A DNA stretch of 64,000 bases, from contig JAGBDV010000020.1 of NCBI GenBank assembly GCA_017937305.1, positions 160,576-224,575 of the forward strand. The letters are read 5' to 3'. Under the pieces are notes generated by a model, which saw nothing but the letters and a program-made list of their open reading frames with translations, had not been told where the DNA came from and searched no databases. This stretch comes from Bacilli bacterium. Lineage in GTDB: Bacteria; Bacillota_I; Bacilli_A; ML615J-28; CAG-313. The position numbers were made by a program, and so were the translations under genes. Shown here in pieces: positions 1-9,200 of this stretch; the first letter of the stretch is position 1, and each line of letters opens with the position of its first letter.

Positions 1-2
1 TC

Positions 3-1424
3 GAAGATGAAGAAGAACTTATCTTAAGACGTGATATTCATGCTACAGGGAAATCAACATTTAGAGTAAATGGAATAACTGTAACACTTGCACAAGTAGA
101 AAGTTTATGTGAAGATTTACTTGATATTCACATTCAAAATGATACTTTAAGACTTTTTAATCCAAAAAATTATTTATCATTTATAGATGATACAGAAACT
201 AATTTATTATTATTAGAGTATAAAAAACTTTTATCTGACTATCAAACAGTCTTAACTGAATATAAAAAATTACTTAAATCAAAAGATGAAAGTGATCAAA
301 ATTTAGATTATATTAAATTTCAATTAAATGAAATTGCTAGTGCTAATTTAATTATTGGTGAAGAAGAAGAATTATTAGATGAATTAAAAGTATTAAATAA
401 TTTTGAAAATATTTATCAAAATTTACAAAATATAAAAGTATTATTAAATGAAAATAATATAAGTGATAATTTATATGAAGTTTTAGATAGTTTAAAGAAA
501 CTAAAATTAATGAAACCATCATATTTACAATTCTTTAATGATATTGAAAGTGCATATTATGTTATTGAAGAATTAAATTCTTTTATAAAAACAGAACTTG
601 GTAGTTTAGAGTATGATGAAGATCGTTTAAATGAAATTAATGAACGCTTAACTATAATTACTAGACTTAGAAGAAAATATAAATTAGATGTTGAAGGTAT
701 TTTAGAATTAAAAGAACAATTAGAAAAACAAATAGATAGTGTAGATAATTTTGAATTTTTTGAAAAAGAATTAAAAACTAAAGTATTAAATGCATATGAA
801 AATCTTAAAAACTGTTCAATTAAGTTATCTAATACTAGATATGCTAAAGCATCTAGTTTAAAAAATAATATTTTATCGACTTTAAAAGAATTAATGCTAG
901 ATAAAGTTAGATTAGAATTTGTATTCAATAAAGTTAATTATGATAATTTCTTAGATTCATCATGTTTTAAGAAAGATGGTGTAGATAGCTGTGATATTTT
1001 AATTTCTTTTAATGTTGGTGAAGATTTAAAACCTCTTGCAAAAGTTGCATCTGGTGGTGAAATGTCTAGAGTAATGCTTGCGTTAAAATCTCATTTATTT
1101 ATTAACAAAAAATTATCAACTGTTATTTTTGATGAAATTGATACTGGTATGAGTGGAATTGTGGCTGAAGGAGTTGCTAATAAACTAAAAGAAATGAGTA
1201 AAACAATGCAAGTCTTTTCGATAACTCACTTACCTATTGTTGCATCAACTGCAAATCAACATTTATTTGTTAAAAAGAATGTAATTGATGATTCTACTTT
1301 TACAAATGTAGTTGAACTTTCATATGATGAAAGAGTTGAAGCGTTAGCTGAGATGATTTCTCCTAATGATTCAACTGGTAAAGCAAAAGAAGTTGCAATG
1401 TTAATGCTTGAAAAAAATAAATAA
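3..1424 (+). CDS. recN: DNA repair protein RecN, C-terminal part (5' end outside window)
   Basis: The frame is open from nt 3, with no stop before the ORF-track start at 510. The translation begins EDEEELILRRDIHATGKSTFRVNGITV. A long coiled-coil is followed by an SMC-type signature and Walker B (ASGGEMSRVMLALK, VIFDEIDTGMSG). Conserved recN-spoIVB-spo0A synteny supports the call. Confidence 0.9.
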   Translation, partial: EDEEELILRRDIHATGKSTFRVNGITVTLAQVESLCEDLLDIHIQNDTLRLFNPKNYLSFIDDTETNLLLLEYKKLLSDYQTVLTEYKKLLKSKDESDQNLDYIKFQLNEIASANLIIGEEEELLDELKVLNNFENIYQNLQNIKVLLNENNISDNLYEVLDSLKKLKLMKPSYLQFFNDIESAYYVIEELNSFIKTELGSLEYDEDRLNEINERLTIITRLRRKYKLDVEGILELKEQLEKQIDSVDNFEFFEKELKTKVLNAYENLKNCSIKLSNTRYAKASSLKNNILSTLKELMLDKVRLEFVFNKVNYDNFLDSSCFKKDGVDSCDILISFNVGEDLKPLAKVASGGEMSRVMLALKSHLFINKKLSTVIFDEIDTGMSGIVAEGVANKLKEMSKTMQVFSITHLPIVASTANQHLFVKKNVIDDSTFTNVVELSYDERVEALAEMISPNDSTGKAKEVAMLMLEKNK

Positions 1425-1515
1425 AATAAAAAAATGTAATAATCTTGTATCCATTTAATACAATGATTATTACATTTTTATTTTGTAAATAATAATAATT
1501 GAAAGGAGGAATAAA

Positions 1516-2499
1516 ATGAAAAAAATATTATTTTTTATCATATTCTTGTGTTTTAGTTTAACAATAAGTATCAACATTAAAGCAAATAATGATATTTATG
1601 TTATACCAGGTGGAGAATCAATTGGTCTAAAAATAGAAACTGGAGTTGAAATAGTTGGAAAATATTCAGTTTCTACTAATAATGGTAAAAAGAATCCTTG
1701 GCAAAAAAGTAATATTGAAATTGGAGACTATATAGAAAAAGTAAATGATTATAATGTAGAAAATAATGAATCGCTACTTAAAATATTAAAACAAATAGAT
1801 GAAAGTTCATGTATTTTGACAATAAAAAGAAATAATAAACTAATTAAAACAAATATTGATATTGTCAAAACTAATTCTAATGAACCATCAATAGGCTTAT
1901 ATGTAAAAGATAAAATGTTAGGTATAGGTACTTTATCATTTGTCTATGATAATAAATTTGCATCACTTGGCCATGGAATTTATGAAAATAATGAATTAAT
2001 AAATATTAACAATGGAGATTTAACTTATTCTAATGTAGTAAGTATAAAAAAAGCAACACTTAATCAATCTGGTGAAAAACGTGCAACTTTAGTACAAAAT
2101 AAAATAGGTGAAATTAAAACCATTAAAGATTCTGGAGTCTATGGTGTAATAAGTCAAAAAATAAATAAAAACAAAGTAAAAATTGCTGATATCGAAGATG
2201 TTAAATGTGACGATGCAGTAATATATACTGTTATTAATGGTAATAAAGTAGAAACATTTGATATAGAAATTATTGAAACAAAATATCAAAATAGTATTAA
2301 TTCTAAAGGTATAAAAATTAAAGTAACAGATTCTTTACTATTAAATGAAACTGGTGGAATAATACAAGGTATGAGTGGAAGTCCGATAATTCAAAATGGT
2401 GAATTAGTAGGCGTTGTATCACATGTAACACTAGATAATCCAATGATAGGATATGCTGTTTATGCTAAATGGATGTATGAAGATTTAATTAATTATTAA
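1516..2499 (+). CDS. spoIVB: SpoIVB peptidase (S55 serine protease with PDZ domain)
   Basis: It has an N-terminal signal/TM segment, a PDZ-like region, an SLGHGI His motif and a GMSGSPI Ser motif. AGGAGG lies upstream. It sits between recN and spo0A, as in Bacillus and Clostridium. Confidence 0.85.
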   Translation: MKKILFFIIFLCFSLTISINIKANNDIYVIPGGESIGLKIETGVEIVGKYSVSTNNGKKNPWQKSNIEIGDYIEKVNDYNVENNESLLKILKQIDESSCILTIKRNNKLIKTNIDIVKTNSNEPSIGLYVKDKMLGIGTLSFVYDNKFASLGHGIYENNELININNGDLTYSNVVSIKKATLNQSGEKRATLVQNKIGEIKTIKDSGVYGVISQKINKNKVKIADIEDVKCDDAVIYTVINGNKVETFDIEIIETKYQNSINSKGIKIKVTDSLLLNETGGIIQGMSGSPIIQNGELVGVVSHVTLDNPMIGYAVYAKWMYEDLINY

Positions 2500-2550
2500 T
2501 ATTATAAATTAGAATTTACCTATTTATGCATAAGACATTAAATATTCTAA

Positions 2551-2578
2551 TAATTGACAAATTTTGTCAATTATTTTT
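2551..2578 (+). terminator. 23-bp perfect palindrome TAATTGACAAATTTTGTCAATTA followed by a T-run; a weak AT-rich intrinsic terminator of spoIVB and/or an operator with two inverted 0A-box-like half sites
   Basis: 11-nt arms surround one central base, and TTTTT follows directly. Each arm contains TTTGTCAAT, which resembles the 0A box TTTGTCGAA. Confidence 0.35.
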
Positions 2579-2608
2579 CAAGTGTCTTTTAAAAAATATG
2601 CGTTTAAA

Positions 2609-2638
2609 TTGCTTAAAAAAGTTGAATTATGGTATTAT
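2609..2638 (+). promoter_or_regulatory. Candidate sigma-A-type promoter of spo0A (TTGCTT, 18-nt spacer, TGgTATTAT extended -10)
   Basis: Motifs were read directly about 30 nt upstream of the GGGGGA RBS and the ATG at 2668. Confidence 0.3.
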
Positions 2639-2667
2639 ATAAAGGCATTTGAAAGGGGGATATTGTA

Positions 2668-3453
2668 ATGCAAAATATAAAATTGTTAATCGCAGAAGAA
2701 AATGAAAATAATCAGTCGCTAATTACTGATTATTTACAACATGAAGGGTATTTTAATGTTATTGGGAGATATGATGATGAATCAAAAATTTTAAACACAT
2801 TAAAAGTAGTTCAAATTGATATCTTAATTATTAATCTATTTAAATCTAAATTTGATGGGGTAAAGATCATTGAACAACTTAGATATAATGATTCTGAATA
2901 TTTAGTTCCTAAAAGAATAGTTGCAGTTACACATTTTGTTAGTAACTATGTAAATGCTAAATTAAATGATTTGAATGTTGACTATTTAGCTGTTGAACCA
3001 GTCCAACTAGAAAGTTTTAGCAATATTTTAAAAGAAATGGCACTTTCATCTGATGATGTAATTGATAATAATTATGATCCTAATTTAGATGGGGAAATTA
3101 CAGATATTCTTCATGAAGTTGGAGTTCCAGCGCATATAAAAGGGTATTTATATTTAAGAGAAGCAATTACAATGGTATATCATAATTTAGATATTCTAGG
3201 ATCGATTACTAAAGTATTATATCCAGATGTGGCTAAAAAGTTTAATACAACTTCGTCTAGAGTAGAACGTGCGATTAGACACGCAATAGAAATTGCATGG
3301 GTAAGAGGTAATGTCGAAGCAATTAGTGAAATATTTAGTTATACTATTAGTTATAATAAATCAAAACCTACTAATTCAGAGTTTATTGCAATGATTGCAG
3401 ATCGCTTACGTCTTAATCATAGTAAAGAAAAAAGAATTAGATATATTGCATAA
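2668..3453 (+). CDS. spo0A: Spo0A-family transcription factor with a degenerate (pseudo-)receiver domain
   Basis: The C-terminal half is nearly identical to the canonical Spo0A effector domain ([71 protein letters not shown]). The N-terminal receiver aligns with Spo0A but carries EE for DD, N for the phospho-acceptor D, and E for the conserved K. Confidence 0.9.
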   Translation: MQNIKLLIAEENENNQSLITDYLQHEGYFNVIGRYDDESKILNTLKVVQIDILIINLFKSKFDGVKIIEQLRYNDSEYLVPKRIVAVTHFVSNYVNAKLNDLNVDYLAVEPVQLESFSNILKEMALSSDDVIDNNYDPNLDGEITDILHEVGVPAHIKGYLYLREAITMVYHNLDILGSITKVLYPDVAKKFNTTSSRVERAIRHAIEIAWVRGNVEAISEIFSYTISYNKSKPTNSEFIAMIADRLRLNHSKEKRIRYIA

Positions 3454-3487
3454 AAAAACAGACAGTTTAACTGTCTGTTTTTTATTT
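3454..3487. terminator. Bidirectional intrinsic terminator between spo0A and the convergent small gene
   Basis: AAAAAACAGACAG-TTTAA-CTGTCTGTTTTTT forms a GC-containing stem flanked by an A-run and a T-run. Confidence 0.75.
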
Positions 3488-3489
3488 TT

Positions 3490-3684
3490 TTAAAGTTGCA
3501 TTAAAACTAATACTAAAGCAATAATAGCACTTCCACCAAGAAGAAGAGCTAATAAAGTAATAATGATTTTTCCACCTAATGTGCTTTGTGGAGCTTTAGT
3601 AACTACATATTCAGTAGATCCATCAGCACGTTTTGTAGTTTTAAGTAGTGGAGTTTTCTTTTGTTTCTTTTCTTTTTTACTCAT
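3490..3684 (-). CDS. Small tail-anchored membrane protein (64 aa), function unknown
   Basis: It has a Lys-rich N-terminus and a single C-terminal TM helix (IIITLLALLLGGSAIIALVLVLM). An AGAGGT RBS-like sequence lies upstream and a terminator downstream. Confidence 0.5.
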   Translation of the reverse strand: MSKKEKKQKKTPLLKTTKRADGSTEYVVTKAPQSTLGGKIIITLLALLLGGSAIIALVLVLMQL

Positions 3685-3817
3685 TTTATATACCTCTATA
3701 GATTGTTAATTCAATATGCAATTATTATAGCATATATTAACAAAAAATGAAAGTAAAATAATCATTAATTTTTTTACGTATAAATAAATACTAATTTTAA
3801 ACAAAAAATGAAAAATA

Positions 3818-3826
3818 TGGTATAAT
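3818..3826 (+). promoter_or_regulatory. Extended -10 element TGgTATAAT upstream of murI
   Basis: Motif read directly about 20 nt upstream of the RBS AGAGGTG. Confidence 0.4.
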
Positions 3827-3846
3827 AGATAGAAAGAGGTGATTAT

Positions 3847-4614
3847 ATGAAAAAATCATATATAGCAGTGTTTGATTCAGGTGTAGGAGGACTACATATT
3901 TTAGAATCACTAGCAAAAGAATATAAAAACGAAAACTTTATCTATCTTGCAGATGAAGATTTTTTTCCATATGGAGTTAAAACTAAAGAGCAATTAGAAA
4001 ATAGATTAACTTTAATTGCTAATAAGCTTAGTGAAATGGATGTTAAAGCTATTGTTATTGCATGTAATACAGCTTCTGCTAATTCACATCACTTAAAAGA
4101 ATTTATTAAAATTCCGATTATTGAAATAATTACAGCTACTGCAAATTATGCAAAAACAGTTACTTTAAATAATAAAATAGGTGTTTGGGCAACTAACGCA
4201 ACAATTAGTTCTAATAAATACCAAGAAGCATTAAGTGATGTTGTATGCTACGCGGTTAAAGCTAGTGATTTGGTTGAATTAATTGAAAATAATTTATTAA
4301 ATGAAACGATTCCATTTGTAAATAAACATTTAGAGGAAATTAAAGATGCTGATTCACTAATTTTAGGTTGTACACATTTTCCTTTATTAAGTGAAATTAT
4401 TAAAGAAATTAATCCTTCATTGTTACAAATTAGTTCTAACATTCCTGTAAATGTTGCAGTTAAAAAATTACTTGATGAATTAGATTTACATAATGATTCA
4501 AATGATTTACAAATAATTAAGTTATACACTACTAAAATTTCAGGGGAATTAAAAGATAAAGCAAGACGTTTTAATATAACTTTTAATAGTGTAGATTATT
4601 TAGAAATAAAGTAG
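3847..4614 (+). CDS. murI: Glutamate racemase
   Basis: VFDSGVGGL, ACNTAS and GCTHFP motifs are present, including both catalytic Cys motifs. Confidence 0.9.
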   Translation: MKKSYIAVFDSGVGGLHILESLAKEYKNENFIYLADEDFFPYGVKTKEQLENRLTLIANKLSEMDVKAIVIACNTASANSHHLKEFIKIPIIEIITATANYAKTVTLNNKIGVWATNATISSNKYQEALSDVVCYAVKASDLVELIENNLLNETIPFVNKHLEEIKDADSLILGCTHFPLLSEIIKEINPSLLQISSNIPVNVAVKKLLDELDLHNDSNDLQIIKLYTTKISGELKDKARRFNITFNSVDYLEIK

Positions 4615-4620
4615 GATATT

Positions 4621-6177
4621 ATGTTATTAACTGTTGAAAACTTAAATTTAACGTTTGATAAAAAAAGATTATTTAAAGATGCATCATTTAGAATCTTAAA
4701 TGGTGAAAAAATAGGGGTTGTTGGTAGTAATGGAGTAGGAAAAACTACCTTAATTAATGTTTTATGTGGAAAAATTATTGCAGATAGTGGTAATATTGAA
4801 TTTGATAAAAAAATTAAAGTTGGTTATTTAGATCAATATATGAATGTTGATAAAAGCTTAACTATTGATGAATATTTAAAACTTGCGTTTAAACATTTAT
4901 ATCAAAAAGAAGTTGAAATGAATAGCTTACTTGATGAAATTAAAAATACTAATGATCAAATTCTTATTGACCGTAATGTAAGACTTACAACTTCAATAAG
5001 AGAAGAATTAGAAACAAATGAATTTTATGCATTAAATTCTAAAATTGTAAGAATAGCATCTGGACTTGGTATTAATAATTTTGGGATGAATACACCACTT
5101 AAAAATTTATCTGGTGGACAAAAAGTTAAAGTAATATTAGCTAAATTATTATTAGAAAAACCTGATTTACTAATTCTTGATGAACCTACTAACTTTTTAG
5201 ATACTGTTCATGTTGATTGGTTAGTAAAATATTTAAAAGAATATAAAGGAAATTTTTTAATCGTATCTCATAATCAAGAATTTTTAGATGATGTTGTTAA
5301 TGTAATATTAGAAATTGAATTTGGTAAAATTACTAAATTTAAAGGCAATTATCAAACATATTTGGTTAAAAAAGCCCAAATGATGGAAAACTATGAAAAA
5401 GCTTATGCAGCACAACAACGTGAAATTAAAACATTAGAAACCTATATTCAAAAAAATAAAGTAAAAACTTCAACTGCCCGTCAAGCTAAAAGTAGGGAAA
5501 AAATGCTTGGACGAATTGACGTGATGGATGCACCTAAAAGTGGTGATATTAGATTAAATTTACATTTTAATTATGCTCCTATTGCATCGCATAAGTTTTT
5601 AGAAGTTACTAATTTAGAAATAGGATATACATCAAGTTTACTTCCACCGGTTTCTTTTACTATTAAAAGTGGAACTAGACTTGCGATAACAGGTTTTAAT
5701 GGAATAGGTAAATCTACTTTATTAAAAACTTTAATAGGTGAACTAACACCAATTTGTGGTAGCTATAAGTTTGTAGATAATGTTAAGATTGCATATTTTG
5801 AACAAGAACATAATTTTGATAATTTTAATATTAGTGCTTTAGAAGAAATTCATAACTTATATCCTCAAATGGAACATAAAGATATAAGAAGTTTACTTGC
5901 AAGATGTGGACTGCGTGGCGATATGGTTCTTCAACCAATTAAAACATTATCAGGTGGAGAACAATCAAAACTTAAGCTTTGCAAAGTTATGATGATAAAG
6001 TCTAATATATTAATTCTAGATGAACCTACAAACCATCTAGATGTTAATGCAAAAAATGACTTATTAGATGCTTTAAAAAAATATCAAGGCACAATTATTT
6101 TTGTATCACATGAAAGAGAATTTATTGAAAAACTAGCTACAGAAGTATATAGTTTTGAAGATTTATTATTATCATAA
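4621..6177 (+). CDS. ABC-F family ATPase (two ABC domains, no TM domain)
   Basis: Two Walker A motifs (GSNGVGKTT, GFNGIGKST), two LSGG signatures (LSGGQKV, LSGGEQS), two Walker B motifs (LILDEPTN, LILDEPTN) and a charged inter-domain linker. The subfamily cannot be assigned by eye. Confidence 0.85.
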   Translation: MLLTVENLNLTFDKKRLFKDASFRILNGEKIGVVGSNGVGKTTLINVLCGKIIADSGNIEFDKKIKVGYLDQYMNVDKSLTIDEYLKLAFKHLYQKEVEMNSLLDEIKNTNDQILIDRNVRLTTSIREELETNEFYALNSKIVRIASGLGINNFGMNTPLKNLSGGQKVKVILAKLLLEKPDLLILDEPTNFLDTVHVDWLVKYLKEYKGNFLIVSHNQEFLDDVVNVILEIEFGKITKFKGNYQTYLVKKAQMMENYEKAYAAQQREIKTLETYIQKNKVKTSTARQAKSREKMLGRIDVMDAPKSGDIRLNLHFNYAPIASHKFLEVTNLEIGYTSSLLPPVSFTIKSGTRLAITGFNGIGKSTLLKTLIGELTPICGSYKFVDNVKIAYFEQEHNFDNFNISALEEIHNLYPQMEHKDIRSLLARCGLRGDMVLQPIKTLSGGEQSKLKLCKVMMIKSNILILDEPTNHLDVNAKNDLLDALKKYQGTIIFVSHEREFIEKLATEVYSFEDLLLS

Positions 6178-6213
6178 AAAAATTATAAAAAAGAATAAAA
6201 AAATTAGTTTTTT

Positions 6214-6222
6214 TGATATAAT
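6214..6222 (+). promoter_or_regulatory. Extended -10 element TGaTATAAT upstream of polC
   Basis: Motif read directly upstream of the AAGGAG RBS. Confidence 0.4.
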
Positions 6223-6257
6223 TATAGAAGAAAAAATAAAAGAAGGAGTAGTACGCA

Positions 6258-9200
6258 ATGACTAAAAATGAACGTTTTTTAAATATGTTAAAAATAATGA
6301 ATTTTGAAGTAACAGATGATATCGCATCAGGTGTGGTTGTTGGTTATAAGTTATTAGAAGATAACAAAACATGGCGTGTTACTCTTGAATTTGATAATTT
6401 ATTAACAGTTGAACGCGTTAATAGTTTAACAAGTGGTATTAAACAATATTTAGTTGATGAAATTGGTGCTTTAGAATGCAAATTTACAATAAATTATCGT
6501 AATAATGTTTTAGAAGGACTTAATAGTTCAATAATTTGTGATTATTTTGAAGAAGCAATTAAAGTTTTATCCACTGTAAAAAGAGAAATTACAATTGTTA
6601 AAAAATATTCTTATGAATTTGTTGCAGATGAAATTACTATTAGTGTAGGTACTGATGTTGAAAAATCTGTTGTTGAAGCCTTATGTAAACTAATTAAAAA
6701 ATATTTTAACAATTATGGTTTAAGTGAGATTAAATTTAATGTTGAAATAGGGCTAGAAAAAGCTGATTTCAAAGCAGAACATGAAAAACAATTACAAATT
6801 TTAGAAAATCATAATGTTGCAGTAGGGCTTGAAAATTATAAACGTATTCAACTAGATGCACAAACTAATAAAACAGATACTACTTTTACAGGATACTATA
6901 AAAATAAACCTTTAGAAGTTTTAATTGAGGATATTCCACTTACTAGTATTGAAGTACAAGAATTTAGTCAAATTAATGGTACTACAAAAGTAACAGTTAA
7001 TGGGGTATTAGTAAAAGGTGAAACTAAACACTTAAAGAGTAAAAAGACTGGAAAAGAATTACATTTATATACTGGAGTAATCACTAATTATAAAGATTCA
7101 GTTTCATTTAAACGATTCTATAAAGAAGAAGATACTGAAATTTTTGAAAAAGAATTAAAGCCTGGCAAAAATATTGAACTTACTGGTTCTATTGAATGGG
7201 ATGATTATGCAAAATCTGTAGTAATCATGTGTAACAGTCTTATAATTAAAGGTGTTGATTCGTACCGTGTGCGATTTGATGGGCAACCTGAAAAACGAGT
7301 TGAATTACATGCTCATACTAAGATGAGTGTTTTAGATAGTATTTTAAATGTTGGTGAATATGTAGAACAAGCAAGTAGATATGGGCATAGTGCTGTTGCA
7401 GTAACAGATCATGAAAACTGTCATGTATTCCCAGATTTCTTTAAGGCTTGTAAGAAAAATAATATTAAGCCTATTGCAGGTCTTGAAGCAAATTATATTG
7501 ATATTGATGATATTAAAATTGCTTTAACAAATGAAGATATTAATCTTAATGATGCTACTTTTGTAGTGTTTGATATTGAAACTACTGGTTTTTGTATTAA
7601 TTTCAATGAAATTATTGAAATTGGTGGTGTAAAAATTAAAAATGGAATGATTATTGATAGTTTTTCTGAGTTTGTTAAACCTAATAAACGTATTACTGAA
7701 TATATTACTAATTTAACTGATATTTCTAATGATACTGTATTTGATGCTTTAACTATTGATGATGTATTACCTGAATTTAAGAAGTTTATAGAAGGATGCG
7801 TATTAGTTGCTCATAATGCAAAATTTGATACTGATTATATTTATGCTAATATGAAAAAACTTGGTATTTTTGAACATGAATATCCATGTATCGATACGAT
7901 TATTATTGCAAGAAGCATATACCCTGAACGTGGACTTAAGAGGTTTAATCTAGGTGCTGTTGCGAAATTCTTAAAAGTTGAAATTGAACAACAACATAGA
8001 GCTATTCACGACGCTAAAACAACTACTAATGTATTTATGAAAATGTTAGGAGATATTGCAGAACTTGGAATTACTAATTACAAAGATTTAAATAAATTAG
8101 TAGATCCAAATCAAATTTATAAACATGTCATCCCTACACATATTAATATGCTTGTTAAGACACATGCAGGGCTTAAAAATTTATATAAAATTATTTCTGA
8201 TTCCCATACTAATCATTTTTGGCGTAATGCAAGAGTTGTAAGAAGTGTTTTAGAACAATATAGAGAAGGCTTATTAATTGGTAGTGGCTGTGTAAATGGT
8301 GAGGTTTTTAGAGCAGCTTTAGAAAAAACTGAAGATATTCTACGTGAAAGAATTAGAAAATATGATTATATTGAGATTCAACCACCATCAAGTTATATGT
8401 TTTTATTTGAAAAAACTGCAGATCTTGGCGCAAAAGAATATATTTTAGATACGATTAAATTATTAATTAGAGTAGCTAAAGAAGAAGGTAAAATTGTTGT
8501 TGCAACAGGCGATGTCCATGAGCTTATTCCTGAGGATTCAGAATTTAGAAAAATCTATTTATCAGTAGCTAGACCTAATGGTGGTGGACCTCACGAACTT
8601 GCTAGTTATGATTCAACAATTGATATGCACTTTAGAACAACTACGGAAATGTTAAATGAATTTAAATTCTTAGGAACTGATTTAGCATATGAAATAGTTG
8701 TTACTAATACTAATTTAATTAACAATATGATTGAATCATATGATCTATTTCCAAAACAACTATTTGTTCCTCGTGATGATTTCAGAGCTGAATATGGTGT
8801 TCCTTCAATGAAACAAGCTATCTATGATATTTGTGATCAAACTGCTCATGAAAAATATGGTCCTAATATCCCTGTTTACGTAAAGGAAAGACTTGACAGA
8901 GAATTAAAAGCCATCATTGGTCATGGATATTTCTCAGTATATTATATTTCACATTTACTTGTAAAAGATTCAAATGAAAATGGTTATGTAGTAGGAAGTC
9001 GTGGTTCTGTAGGTAGTAGTTTTGCAGCTACAATGATGAAAATCACAGAAGTTAATCCACTAACGCCTCACTATGTATGTCCTCATTGTTATTTTAATGC
9101 TTTTAAATTTACAGAAGAGGAAAAACAAAAATATGGACAAACTAACATACCTTCTCATATCGAAGAAGCGTTAAATAGCGTAAGTAATGGTTTTGATTTA

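Noticed and set aside
557-928. This is an antisense or alternative-frame ORF inside a well-supported gene. The same applies to the ORFs at 2089-2289, 4248-4529, 11844-12098, 15629-15865, 15820-16041, 16786-16992 and 17576-17815. It also applies to 18920-19159, 29045-29314, 31622-31849, 32940-33125, 36967-37179, 38049-38348 and 40787-41053. The remaining cases are 44200-44478, 50429-50638, 52706-52957, 55585-55800, 58211-58459, 59633-59836, 60146-60349 and 61168-61365.
   Set aside because: Each lies wholly or largely within a gene with strong motif support on the other strand or frame. They have low-complexity, S/L/I/F-rich translations typical of shadow ORFs, and no RBS was seen.
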